The notes beneath the pieces are model-generated. The model was not told where the DNA came from. It saw only the letters and a program-made list of their open reading frames with translations, and searched no databases. A stretch of 63,584 bases of DNA, filler included, from Octopus bimaculoides (taxonomy: Eukaryota): assembly GCF_001194135.2 (NCBI RefSeq). It is 5 parts of 4 records of this genome, joined end to end, with 100 filler letters (N's around TTAATTAATTAA, not from the genome) between each part and the next. Parts side by side here need not be neighbours in the genome. Positions count along the whole stretch, not along the records: positions 30,299 to 52,240 come from NC_068985.1; positions 52,341 to 57,001 come from NC_068989.1; positions 57,102 to 59,805 come from NC_068991.1; positions 59,906 to 63,584 come from NC_068981.1; 1 more part is not named here. One strand, 5' to 3'. The translations under genes were made by a program, and so were the position numbers. Shown here in pieces: positions 51,109 through 62,552 of this stretch; the stretch's first letter is position 1, and the number at the start of each line of letters is the position of its first letter.

Positions 51109-51999
51109 TGTATTTATGTATGTGTATACATATATACGCATGCTTAACCGCTTTATATGTATATAGATACATATGTATACAAGTGTGTATGCATACATCG
51201 ATGTCTATATTCATGTACACACATACACAGAGAAATATGAAGAGGCCTCGTATATTTAAAGATCCTAACATTTGCATAGCAAATATTGAAAAGTTGAAAA
51301 TTAACTTATGTCGATGTCGAAAATCGTGTCGTTTGGTAGAACAAATGTGAAGTGTTCGTTATAAAATTAATTTTGACAGGCTATTTGGGGTGGAACCTAT
51401 AATTCATGTTGATTACTTCGAATAGTATAATAGAGCTGTCATAAGAGACTTGTCATGAACACAGCAATATAATAACTGCTCCAAAGCTTCGGTTGCAGAA
51501 CTAAAGCGATTGAGAATAATATATATGGAGGCACGTGAACGCACACGCGCGCAGAGAGACACACACGCAGAGGCGCACACATATATTTATATGTATATAT
51601 AGCAGCGTTGGATTAACCATTTAGCAAAATAAACACGTGCTTGGGTTATCAAGGGAAGGGAGACACCACAGAAATGGTAAATGGTTTACGGCACACACAA
51701 AAATCTCTTTAAACTTGCTAAAATAATATTGGAAGTGGTTTATATGATTTGAAACATAATTTCGAAGTGTTCATAGCGTCATAATGAGGATTTGATCAAA
51801 TATAAATAAAGTGGAAGTATTGTCACATTTTCAAAAATAAAACTGTATTTTGTTTTTTTTTTTATTTGTTTATATTTTGAATTATATATATAAGGGGCAC
51901 TTTTTATATATATAAGGGGCACTAAGATATCGTAAGTGCTCAGGGCCTCGGTGGGTCTTAGCCAGATGCTTATTTATAAATACACATATACATATTTCG

Positions 52000-52145
52000 T
52001 TTTTCCTTTATTTGTTTCAGTTACTAGACTGCGGCCATGCTGGGGCATCGCCTTGAAGAATTTTTATTCTAATTAATCGTTTCAGTACTTATGCCATCGG
52101 TTGTCAAGCGATGGGAGGGGAACAAATGCGGGCACAAAGACACAC
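52000..52145 (-). mobile_element. SINE-B 3' fragment with internal deletion
   Basis: gcggccatgctggggcatcgcc and catcggttgtcaagcgatgg. Confidence 0.75.
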
Positions 52146-52209
52146 ACGCACGCATGCACACACACACACGCACGCACGAACGCGAACACAGACCCATACA
52201 CACACACAC

Positions 52210-52240
<31 letters not shown>

Positions 52241-52284
52241 NNNNNNNNNNNNNNNNNNNNNNNNNNNNNNNNNNNNNNNNNNNN

Positions 52285-52296
52285 TTAATTAATTAA
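52285..52296. other. Scaffolding linker TTAATTAATTAA
   Basis: Embedded in an N-run. Confidence 0.9.
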
Positions 52297-52340
52297 NNNN
52301 NNNNNNNNNNNNNNNNNNNNNNNNNNNNNNNNNNNNNNNN

Positions 52341-53774
52341 CTTGTCCAACTTGGTCTCTGTAGCAACCATGATGTCGATTTTATGAGACCTGAGGTCATC
52401 GAGGAAACAAGCTTGCTTCCACTTTGAACTCAGGCCACGCACATTTAAACAACTTACGCATAGTGTAGCCACAAGAAAAACGGGAAAAGAAGGAAATCTA
52501 CTTGCGTTTTTAGTCTAAGGGGATCATTCGCAGCACTGGTGCAGGTGGGATTTCCCCCTTTACTTCTTCCATAGGCGGTTCTTCCGGCGAGTCGAACACT
52601 TTTGGTAAGTCTTTTAACTCAATACTTTCTTTCGGATATCTTTTCCTAAAGTCCTTGTAAAGTTTTTTCGGGATCTTTGCAATGCTATTTGGATTTTTGC
52701 TGTTGTTCGATTAATACATCTTATAAGTTGGGTTCAATTATCCCCATCATGGAGTTGTTGTTCTTGAATACCACTGTGGTCATCTCCTTATTGGGCTTAG
52801 ATTTTTCTATTTTTATCGTCATCAATGTTTTTTCTTTTTGTTGTTTTTTCCCTCCGGGTTGCTGCTTTTTTTTCCTTTCTTTGGTTTTCGAAGCCGCCTC
52901 TTTAGTAGGCGACTCCACTTCTTTCTTTTGCCTTTTTCGTGACACCATCTCGAAGTCCATCCCTTCTACTGACGGTGTCGCTTCAACTGACTTTTCGGCT
53001 TGTTCTGGTTCAGTGGTCGCTCTCTGCGTAACAGCCTCCGCGGTTGAGGGCGCCTCTTCTTCTACATTCTCCTCCTTCTCCCTCTCCTGTGCTTCTTGTT
53101 CCTTCAGCTGTTTCTTTTGGGGGGGGGCAATTCGTCCTCAGATGCCCCATTTTTCCACATTTGAAGCACCTGGGCTTCCTCCCCTCTATATTCACAGCCA
53201 ATGTGGTGTCTTCACTGATACATATTTTCTCTGGTAATGTTTCCAGGTCTGTTGTTGTTGCTTGGGCCAAGATCTCCAGAATTTGCCCTTTCCAGTTTTG
53301 TGGGGCATCTCTGGAGATCTGTATCATATTTGTTTTTTTCTTCTCTCCCGTATAGAAGGGTGGTAATTATCCTCGCAATCTCTATCTCTGGCGGGATATT
53401 TTAAATCTTAATCCGGGACGTTCTACGTCCCAGATATAGCGGTAGCAACATAGTGCTACCACTTTGCAAGGTTCGAGTTGATAATTCTTTTGCCCTCTCG
53501 GCCGACTCGAACCTTGCTTCCACAGTTGCAAATTTGGTACCTCGGGTCAAGTATTTTATCTGATCTAACACTGGTCCGAGGCACTTTTCTATATTGCATT
53601 CTTCAAGGTGTTCGAAACTTCTTTTTTTTTTTCACAATCATAAGTTTTGAACACAATTGTACTCTCCTTCGTTCGATTCAGAATCTCGCAGGGGTTGGGG
53701 GCGTGATTCGGCTTTCATATTTTCCTCGTGAATCATCCGTACAAGGCTTGGATTTCTTCTTTCTTGAAAGTCAT
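52341..53774 (-). mobile_element. 5' part of an L1/Tx1-like LINE: disrupted ORF1 and start of ORF2 endonuclease
   Basis: ORF1 pieces TKFATVEARFESAERAKEL, RIKI*NIPPEI and CFKCGKMGHLRTNC (CX2CX4HX4C knuckle); at 52457-52341 VSCLNVRGLSSKWKQ...KIDIMVATETKLD, the AP-endonuclease N-terminal pattern. The clade is inferred. Confidence 0.85.
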
Positions 53775-54869
53775 NNNNNNNNNNNNNNNNNNNNNNNNNN
53801 NNNNNNNNNNNNNNNNNNNNNNNNNNNNNNNNATAATATCAATATCAAGGTTCGTTCCTATGGAACACAGTTCGCAATTAATAATATAAACAATTCCTCC
53901 CCCCGTGGGGGAGGCCAACAATTTCGCAAAGAAAGTTATACAATAACAGTTCAACAATGTTTCCCTCACGGGAAACTACAAGAAAATAAACAATTCCTGC
54001 AAGCAAGCAACAAAGCAATTTTACACAGACCTCTCAATAAAATAACGTACTCCCAGCCAACGGTCAACGCTCCTCGCCTTCAACACTGCTCTCAACTGAA
54101 CGCCAAAATACGGTTTTTATTTGAGGACAAGAGACTTCAGAACATCGAAAAAATCATATCTTACAGCATCACACTGATTGGTCATTTTGATTTATAGGCC
54201 GATCGCGTGAAACTATGATGGTTCTGACTGAGTATATAGCAGTTAGGTTTAAAATCAATGCTTCAAATGTTTAGAGGAATTACAATTTTTCTTAAAAATT
54301 AAAATATTTAAAACATTGTTTTTTTTTTAAATTCGCTATCTGGATTAAAATATGACTAAAACTTAACAGTGAACAGAAGGCTGATGATGTACTAAGGTCC
54401 AATATAATTTCACTAAATTCTCATCTTTAATAATTTCCATAAAAATTTAAAAAGCGCAGACTGTATAGTACAGATGGGGCTGACTCTAGGATTGCTGACA
54501 CCTTGAGTAAGTTCAATTTCTGTACTTTACACGTGTAATTCATAAATTTTAAGGCAAGGAGTAAAAGCTGTGAGGGTAGAAATAAAACGTTTAATACAAT
54601 TTATAAAATGTAAAATTCTTCCTCGCTATTTTCATATTTTCCTGCTTAGTATTTCTTCGAACATCACGAACACATGACGTGATGCCCCTAAGCCCTGAGT
54701 GTCTGTCCAAGCAGCGGTTAAAATGTAGTGTACTGTCGTAAAAAAAAAAAAGTAAAAATAAAATTTTCTTAAAAAATTGAAATATAGTGTAACAGAAATT
54801 GGAAGTGACGACAGTGATATCCCCTAATTTCATGTAAGCAATGCGACATAACCAATGCTTCCACTATAT

Positions 54870-55452
54870 AAGTTTAGTGAAAAGGCACTAAAATAACATC
54901 TGACTTTTTACAACAGCAGTAGTATAATACATTGTAATGAAATAATAGACAGCGTTCAGAGGGTTTAACAGAACAATAGTAATTTATTGTAAGAGGAAGT
55001 GATTATACTATAAAGTCAAGGTTTGCTTGCCAGCAGACAGGGTGTAGCATTCAGAGAATGGTATAACAGTGACAGAAAAAAGTTCGAGCTACTCGTTACA
55101 GGGTCACAAATTCAGAAAAAGATGCATGCAGTATATTAAATATGTAACATTTACTGTTACTGTATATTGTAAAATGTGGACATGATAAATGTTCGAACAG
55201 TCCATAGCTAGTTATTTAGCTCTAGAGTGTTCCTCCATTAGATGTTGTCCACGTGGTGGAGTTGAGATCCGACAGCGGCATGACACTACATCTCACTCAC
55301 TTGGAGACTTGGCTGGAACTCACAAAAGTTTTTCCACGACTTTGTGAAAGGCGGCAGTGTGTATTTATGCGCGAGGTAAAGCAGTTGGTTACATTAGTCA
55401 AATCACGTATAGATGGATAACAGTTCCGCGAAAGGGGAGTAGTGCTCCTACA
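54870..55452. repeat. ~570-bp direct repeat, copy 1
   Basis: Colinear with 56040-56584 with scattered substitutions and indels. Confidence 0.9.
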
Positions 55453-56039
55453 TGACCTCCTGCTCAGACCCAAAGGGCGATCAACAAGGGGAAAAACAAA
55501 GAAAATGACAAAAATGAAATGTAAACACAACAAAAAGGAAGCTCTTCATAGCTTTCTGCCCGGGAAGGTGGTCTCCGCGAGACAGAGCAAGCGAAACCTG
55601 ACGTGCAAGCATGATAGCAATTGTCCAGGAAACTGGAAATCACAGGATGCGAAAGTCAAAGTGTATGATAGTGCAATGCTGGCTGCTGTTGAAACATAAG
55701 CAGTGCCAAGATTTAACCTGCAAGAGTAGTGGGTCGCTTGCAGAGGCTGAAAGGGTGTAAGCCTGCAAGAGCAGTGAGTCGCTTGCACAAGCTGAAGGAT
55801 TACAGAACGGATGCACATGAAAGTATTAGAAAATGCAACAAAAAATGCAACAAAATGAACATAAAGAAATTGGAGCAGAAAAACTCATGATGAGGCTGAA
55901 AATATGAAAGAAAAGCAAGAAAATATGCAAAATGTTCAGTTCATTGAATAATTTTTCTAATGAATGCTGACGTCGGGCCATTGATTTTTAGTTGAGATAC
56001 GAGTGAAGACTGAAATTCTTTAGCTCGAAGTCACCAGTT

Positions 56040-56584
56040 TTTAGTGAAGTGGCACTAAAATAACATCTGGTTTTTAATAACAGCGGTAGTATAATACCTT
56101 GTAATGAAATAATAGACAACGTTCAGAAGGCTTGACAGATTATAAGAGGAAATGATCATAGCATTAAGTCATGGTTTGCTTGCCAGCATTCAGAGATATG
56201 ATATAACAGTGTATTAAGCGAGCAGAAGATAAGTTCAAGTTACTTGTTATAGGGTCACAAATCCAGAAAAAGGTGTATGCAGCATATTAAATAAATAACA
56301 CTTATTGTTACTGTATATTATAAAATGTGGACATGATAAATGTTCGAACAGTCCATTGACAGTTATTTAGCTTTAGAGTGTTCCTCCATCAGATGTTGTC
56401 CACGTAGTTGAGTTGAGCTCCGACAGCGACATGACACTACGTCTCACTCACTTGGAGGCTTGGCTGGAACTCACTAAAATTTTTCCACGACTTTGTGAAG
56501 CGGCAGTGTGTTATCTATGTGCGAGGTAATCAAATCACGCATAGATGGATAACAGTTCCACCAAAGGCAAGTAGAGCTCTTACA
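56040..56584. repeat. ~570-bp direct repeat, copy 2
   Basis: Shares e.g. aaaatgtggacatgataaatgttcgaacagtccat with copy 1. Confidence 0.9.
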
Positions 56585-56604
56585 TAAGCATACATATATT
56601 GAAC

Positions 56605-56696
56605 ACTAGCAGAAATACCCGGCGTTGCCCGGGTTAAAGAGAATAATGAAATCTAAAAACGCCGTCTAGACTACGCATCATCTTTATGTATAGAGA
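56605..56696 (+). mobile_element. Short Helitron/Helentron-associated non-autonomous element (tentative)
   Basis: Starts ACTAG followed by hairpin CCCGG-CGTTGC-CCGGG, ends TATAGAGAT; recalls Lep1/HINE-type ends. Confidence 0.45.
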
Positions 56697-57045
56697 TGTA
56701 TATACACACGTATATATATGTATATCAATATAAATATATGAAAGTCAATGAAGTTTTGTAAAAGAAGGTTGTTATGTTTCCCTCGGGTGACTCGTAGAGA
56801 TAACACAACGAGTTATACAATTTAATTATTACATTTATTGTTCAATTACATACAAAGAACGCACTCACCCAATGTTCTTTATGAATAAACAAAAGTCATG
56901 TCCGCCATATATATATCAATGACATTTTACTACGACAGTCCCACAAGACAACAACAATGAAACAATGAACTCAGACGAACCACATGACACACGGAACGTC
57001 ANNNNNNNNNNNNNNNNNNNNNNNNNNNNNNNNNNNNNNNNNNNN

Positions 57046-57057
57046 TTAATTAATTAA
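57046..57057. other. Scaffolding linker TTAATTAATTAA
   Basis: Embedded in an N-run. Confidence 0.9.
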
Positions 57058-58719
57058 NNNNNNNNNNNNNNNNNNNNNNNNNNNNNNNNNNNNNNNNNNN
57101 NACACACACACACACACATACACACACACACACGCACACACGCACATAAACACACAATGCAAGAATACGGTGGAATTTGGTTAAGAAGTGGGGTATCGTT
57201 TATTTTCTGTCTTAAGTAGTAATGTTAACACTCAGTTTCAATACAAATATTACATGATCTGCATATATTATCATATATTAAATAAATAAATAAATAAATA
57301 GAGAAATAAATAAATAATGGATACAGAAATACAATAATGGCTTAATGTTTTTTTTATGCCTGTCTTTCGTCTTACGTCTTTCTCTTCTCACTGTTAAGCA
57401 GCGTCGAATTTTACAATTCTGTAAATAATAATAGTATTTTATAAGCTTATAGCTTATAAAATACTTATATGTATATATACATGTATGTGTGTGTATGCAT
57501 GCACGTGTGTAAATATATTAGCCATATATTTATCTACCTATATATATATATNNNNNNNNNNNNNNNNNNNNNNNNNNNNNNNNNNNNNNNNNNNNNNNNN
57601 NNNNNNNNNNNNNNNNNNNNNNNNNNNNNNNNNNNNNNNNNNNNNNNNNNNNNNNNNNNNNNNNNNNNNNNNNNNNNNNNNNNNNNNNNNNNNNNNNNNN
57701 NNNNNNNNNNNNNNNNNNNNNNNNNNNNNNNNNNNNNNNNNNNNNNNNNNNNNNNNNNNNNNNNNNNNNNNNNNNNNNNNNNNNNNNNNNNNNNNNNNNN
57801 NNNNNNNNNNNNNNNNNNNNNNNNNNNNNNNNNNNNNNNNNNNNNNNNNNNNNNNNNNNNNNNNNNNNNNNNNNNNNNNNNNNNNNNNNNNNNNNNNNNN
57901 NTGGATATATGTATGCATCTGTGCGTGCGTTTGTGCGTGTGTATGTCTATCTGTCTTCTGTCTGTCTCTCTGTATGTTCACTATTACATACTCACTATTC
58001 TAGTCCTTCTTCAACAGCATCATCATACCAAGCTCACACAACTCGGAGTGCACACAGTTGCACGAAAATACCAGGTAATTGGAAATAGGGCATTTAGAGC
58101 AGAACTTCCAATTGCGGTGATTTGCTCCTCGTAGAGCGGTTCAGCACATCCAACACTTCGTCTGCTGAGGTTGAATTTTCGTAACACCTTCCAAACCATC
58201 AAGGTCGTTTATCACTCATCCAGGACAGTTGGTCAAAGTGTTGTTGGAAGGCCACACACACATCTGTCTAGAAGCAGAAAACCTATACCCGCTGCGATTT
58301 ATCAGAAACCAAATTGTGCTTTTTGTTGCCAGACTTCACCTTGCACTATCGAGTCCACCAAAATCTCCGTCATAATATTTGAACAAAATATTATTCTTAT
58401 TATCATCGTCTTGCTCTTGTGACAAAATTTTAAACCATTATTATCATCGTCTTGACTCAAGATTGGTCTTATTCCTGGTAGAATTTATATGGATAACGTG
58501 TTACTTCCTGTATCCTTAGACACCCAAATAATTTCAATAAACATCAAATATGCGAACTCTTCTGATTAACCTCCCTGTTCCTTAGGGGCATTCTACAAGA
58601 CTTCCATTTCAAATTCCTTTATCCAGTCGTCTATTTCATAACTCACATTCCCTAATTCCACAATTATCACAGGTACAACATTTACAGATTTCATGTTCCA
58701 TATCCACGTTTAGTTCCAG

Positions 58720-59580
58720 ACATTGTCTTGCAATAAAATAGGAGTGGATATGTTGACTAATCTTGGCTGATGTTTTGTAAGTTTCTGCATCATTTGGTTC
58801 AGTCGGCTGCAGTATACTTCGGCCGTGATTGATGAGCCAGGTTTAATAAAATCATAATGTATCACACCTACGCCAGACCACCAAACACACCATCAGCTTC
58901 TTTGGATGAATTTTGCTTTTTGGACTGTGTTTTGGTGGCTCGTCTTTGTCCAACCACTGTGCTGAACGTTTACTGTTGTATTGGATCCATTTCTTATCAA
59001 TGATTCATTTTTGTGACGAGAAAGTAGTATAATGCAGGCTTCCAAACGTTGCTGTTTCTGATTTTCAGTGAGTTCCTGTGGAACCCACTTATCCAACTTT
59101 TTTACTTTACTGATTTGAACTAGGTGAGTCAATATTGTCTGCTTGCTAACACCAAACAACAACGATAATTCACGGGTACTTTGAGATGGATCTGACTCGA
59201 CGGTGGCTTTCAGTTGGTCATTATCCACCTTTGTTTCTGGTCGACTGTGTTGCTCATTTGTGAGGTCAAAGTTACCAGAATGAAATTTTGCAAACCAATT
59301 TGATACTGTCTGCTGTGTAATAACATTAGAATGAAATACTCCATTAATATTCCGAGCTGTCTGTAATGCTGCATTACCAAGAAAGAACTCGTATTTCATA
59401 ACTGTACGAATTTCCGACTGATGCATCTCTAAACAAAAATGGCAAAAAACGATTTATAAATACTTTATAACGCACTAAATGAATTAGAATAAAGAAATAG
59501 ATGTGTCATCTTTGTAACAAAAAATAAAGATTGTCAAAATATAATAATAGCACAAAATGAGCAGCTGTCAAAGTTTACCA
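58720..59580 (-). mobile_element. Frameshifted, truncated mariner transposase pseudogene
   Basis: WFAKFHSGNFDL, KWVPQEL (WVPHEL motif), YNNSKRSAQWL, HPKKLM, VWWSGVGVIHYDF, ILLQDN; the first catalytic Asp block is missing. Confidence 0.88.
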
Positions 59581-59644
59581 TATACATTACTACAAATTTC
59601 ACACTTGACGACCTGATATATAGTACTATTATGTAAGAGTCCTC

Positions 59645-59790
59645 AAGGCACTGACTTGGCTGTGTAGTAAGAAGCTTGGTTCGCAACCACATGGTTCCGG
59701 GTTCTGTACCACTGCACGGCATCTTAGGAAAGTGTCTTCTAGTATAGCCTCAGGCTGGCTAAAGCCTTGTGAGTGGAATTGGTAGAGGCC
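59645..59790 (+). mobile_element. SINE-B 5' part
   Basis: tggctgtgtagtaagaagc...catggttccgggttc...aaagccttgtgagtgg. Confidence 0.85.
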
Positions 59791-59849
59791 CCTTATATAT
59801 ATATANNNNNNNNNNNNNNNNNNNNNNNNNNNNNNNNNNNNNNNNNNNN

Positions 59850-59861
59850 TTAATTAATTAA
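59850..59861. other. Scaffolding linker TTAATTAATTAA
   Basis: Embedded in an N-run. Confidence 0.9.
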
Positions 59862-60056
59862 NNNNNNNNNNNNNNNNNNNNNNNNNNNNNNNNNNNNNNN
59901 NNNNNTCTAAAATGAAATTCCATAATGCAGCTGAGGAGTACATTTTCATTGTACATTCTGTGGTGTTCTCACTACATGAATAAATGGAGCTTGTACGAAA
60001 CGTACGTACTGCTATAACCTATTGAATTTTTGTTGCTTATCTTCAAATATATATGA

Positions 60057-60117
<61 letters not shown>

Positions 60118-60132
60118 ATGTGTATATATATA

Positions 60133-60400
60133 GTGATGGCTTGTTGCCAACTTAATGTAGCTGTCCCAGGAAATGGAAGAATGCTACTGCTATTTAGTTT
60201 CTAGTTGGCTATGTGACACAAGCGTTCTGTTTCAAACAGGGAGGAGGTGCTTATCCCCACTGTTTGAAACTTTGAAAACCTAAGGACACAGAACGCTTGT
60301 GTCACGTAGCCAACTAGAAGCGGTGTTTCATGGGGTTAAATAGCAGTAGCATTCTTCTCTTTCCTGGGACTGCCATGTTAAGTTGGCAACAAGCCATCAC
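60133..60400. mobile_element. Foldback/MITE element with both arms
   Basis: Ends GTGATGGCTTGTTGCCAACTTAA / TTAAGTTGGCAACAAGCCATCAC; further paired blocks inward; central 11-bp inverted repeat 60229-39/60260-70. Confidence 0.88.
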
Positions 60401-60465
60401 TTTATCGTGCTGCTACTGCATAACTCTCTCTGAAAGATTTAGAAATGCAATATTTCTAATTATAT

Positions 60466-62552
60466 ATATAGTTAACCAGGTGAAACATGATGGAGTCATA
60501 CCCAATGACTGGTGTAGCAGCACCATAGTCAACTGTTACAACGGTAAAGGTGACGCTTTAGATACAAATAATTACAGAGGTATCAAGCTGTTGGATCAGG
60601 TAATGAAGGTTATGGACAGGGTCACTGCCCTACTAATTAGGGAGAGAGTCAGTCTAGATGAAATGCAGTTTGGGTTTGTGCCAGGGATGCTATATTTCTG
60701 GTAAGACAGCTGCAAGAGCGATACTTAACCAAAGATAAACCTCTGTACCTGGCTTTTGTTGACGTGGAGAAAGCGTTTGACAGGGTCCCCCGATCCCTTA
60801 TCTGGTGGTCAATGAGGAAACTAGGGATAGATGAATGGTTAGTGATAGCTGTGCAAGCCATGTACAGAGATGCTGTCAGTAAGGTGAGGGTTGGCAACGA
60901 GTACAGTGAAGAATTCCAAGTAGGAGTAGGGGTTTACCAAGGTTCAGTCTTCATCCCCCTCTATTCATCATAGTCCTCCAGGCAATAACAGAGGAATTCA
61001 AGACAGGATGTCCCTGGGAGCTCCTCTATGCTGATGACTTTGCACTAATTGCTGAGTCACTATCAGAACTAGAAAAGTTTCAGGTGTGGCAGCAAGGATT
61101 AGAATCGAAGGGCCTTAGAGTCAACCTAGCTAAAGCCAAAGTCTTAATAAGTAGGAAGGCAGACAAACCACAAATCCCTTCACATAGATGGCCCTGCTTG
61201 ATCTGTAGAAAAGGCGTAGGTAGAAACTTCATAAGATGTACCCAGTGTAAGCTATGGACACTAAGGGAGACTAACTGGGGAGATAGTTTTTTGTATGTGG
61301 CAAATGCTCAGATGCTATAAACACTGAAAATGTGCAGAGAACAGCTTCTGTCATATTCCAGGGAGGAAAACTACAAGTAGTTGATAGCTTCCGTTACCTC
61401 GGGGACCAAGTCAGGTGGATGCTCTGAAAGTGTAGCTGCTAGAATAAGAATAGCCTGGGCAAAGTTCAGAGAGCTCCTACCTCTCCTGGTGACAAAGGGC
61501 CTCATACACAGAGTAAAAGGTAGACTATGATGCATGTGCACGAACAGCCATGCTACATGGTAGTGAAACATGGGCTGTAACTGCTGAGGACATGTGTAAG
61601 CTTGCAAGGAATGAAGCCAGTATGCTCCGATGGATGTGTAATGTCAGTGTGCATACACGGCAGAGTGTAAGCACCCTGAGAGAAAAGTTGGGCCTAAGAA
61701 GCATCAGATGTGGTGTGCAAGAGAGATGACTGTGCTGGTATGGTCATGTGTTATGAATGAATGAGGACAGCTGTGTGAAGAGGTGTCACAGCCTAGCAGT
61801 TGAAGGAAACTGTGGAAGAGGTAGACCCAGGAAGACATGGGATGAGGTGGTGAAGCATGACCTTCGAACATTGGGCCTTAACGAGGCTTTGGAGATATGC
61901 TGTGCTTGAGAAGACCCGGCAAGCCAGGTGAGACCATAGCCCATGGCCTATGCCAGTGGGTGTAACCAGCCCACTTATGAATACCCCTCATTCATTGGAC
62001 AATAAACTTTGCTTGCAAAGACCTATTGAGGCAAGTGAAATCAAAATCGAAATCGCTGACGTAGCCGATGAGAGTATCGCCTGATTGTCAGTTGTGCCAG
62101 TGGAATGTTAAAAGCACATCCAAACGTAGGGTGTAACCGGCCCACTTATGTGTACCCCTCATTCATTGGACAATGAACTTTGCTTGCAAAGACCTATTGA
62201 GGCAAGTGTAAACAAACCAAAATCGTTGATGTGGCCAATGACAGTACTGCCTGATTGGCACTCGTGGCAGTGGAATGTTAAAAGTACTTCAGAGCATGAT
62301 CGTTGCCAGGGCCCATGCCAGTGACACATGAAAAGCACCATTCGAGTGTGATCATTGCCAGCGTCACTTTACCAGCATATGTGCCGGTGGCACGTGAAAA
62401 ACAACATTCGAGCATGGTCATTGCCAGTGCTGCTGGACTGGCTCCCATGCAGGTAGCACGTAAAAACACCTTTGAGCATGGTCATTGCCAGAACTGCCTG
62501 ACTGGCCCTTGTGCCAGTGGCACGTAAAAGCACCCACTACACTCTCGGAGTG
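60466..62552 (+). mobile_element. 5'-truncated RTE-clade LINE (reverse transcriptase pseudogene plus repetitive 3' UTR)
   Basis: NNYRGIKLL, QFGFVPG, AFVDVEKAFDRV, GVGVYQGS, LLYADD (61027-38), FRYLG, MLHGSETW, R.GRPRKTW; frameshifts and stops. Confidence 0.93.

Noticed and set aside
51882-51923. 20-bp direct repeat TTATATATATAAGGGGCACT resembling paired TATA boxes
   Set aside because: Simple 22-bp slippage duplication; no associated gene or element.
2930-58134. Long ORFs in the track (e.g. 27221-28744, 6901-8106, 44741-45802, 36329-37474)
   Set aside because: They are open only because they run through N-gaps and stop-free microsatellites; the products are X-runs and homopolymers.
30243-59861. 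Fourfold recurrence of TTAATTAATTAA as a possible biological repeat
   Set aside because: Always centred in N-runs and gives stops in all six frames; a scaffolding linker.
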